From a virus: 64,000 bases of DNA. Under the pieces are notes generated by a model. The model saw only the letters and a program-made list of their open reading frames with translations. It was not told the origin of the DNA and searched no databases. Location of the stretch: the IMG/VR virus record IMGVR_UViG_3300025759_000085, positions 2,402 through 66,401 of that record. One strand, given 5' to 3'. Within the stretch, counting starts at the first letter, position 1. The number at the start of each line of letters is the position of its first letter. A program made the translations under genes and the position numbers. Shown here one piece after another: positions 63,930 to 64,000 of this stretch.

Positions 63930-64000
63930 ATGGCTATGACATACAGCGCATTAAAGAGTAACGTAGAACAGATCACTGAGATGGATTTTACTAATGCTCA
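63930..64000 (+). CDS. start of a probable second adaptor/neck protein (partial)
   Basis: MAMTYSALK..V...TE is open to the window end. Confidence 0.5.
   Translation, partial: MAMTYSALKSNVEQITEMDFTNA

Noticed and set aside
1-64000. Alternative genetic code or tRNA genes
   Set aside because: Standard-code ORFs tile the window densely with TAA, TAG and TGA all used as stops, and no cloverleaf was seen.

Overview
The window is most of the genome of a tailed dsDNA phage with podovirus-like organisation, probably marine. No integrase, repressor, tRNA or CRISPR array was seen. The + strand carries two blocks of structural genes. Positions 1-33264 hold the lysis cassette, tail nozzle, tail fibre, a giant 5302-aa Ca-binding/coiled-coil protein and three ejection-type internal virion proteins. 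Positions 51801-64000 hold the terminase, portal, GroES, scaffold, Mu-gpT-like major capsid protein, small basic head proteins and head-tail adaptors. The - strand (33353-51504) is the early/replication arm: DUF3150 / MoxR-type AAA+ / VWA-metallopeptidase module, family A DNA polymerase, Cas4-like exonuclease, SNF2 helicase, two SSB-like proteins and a primase-DUF927 helicase, with an iteron-type origin at about 50.4-50.9 kb. The most notable unexplained signals are: (1) eight copies of a palindrome GTTCTACA-N(1-2)-TGTAGAAC confined to the early arm, five of them directly in front of ribosome-binding sites; (2) the 5302-aa protein; (3) a short [YFM]xxGGx[VIL] motif shared by otherwise unrelated virion proteins; (4) two candidate small RNAs with anti-Shine-Dalgarno loops; (5) an overprinted gene inside the 2134-aa gene. 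All family assignments come from motif recognition by eye, not database searches.
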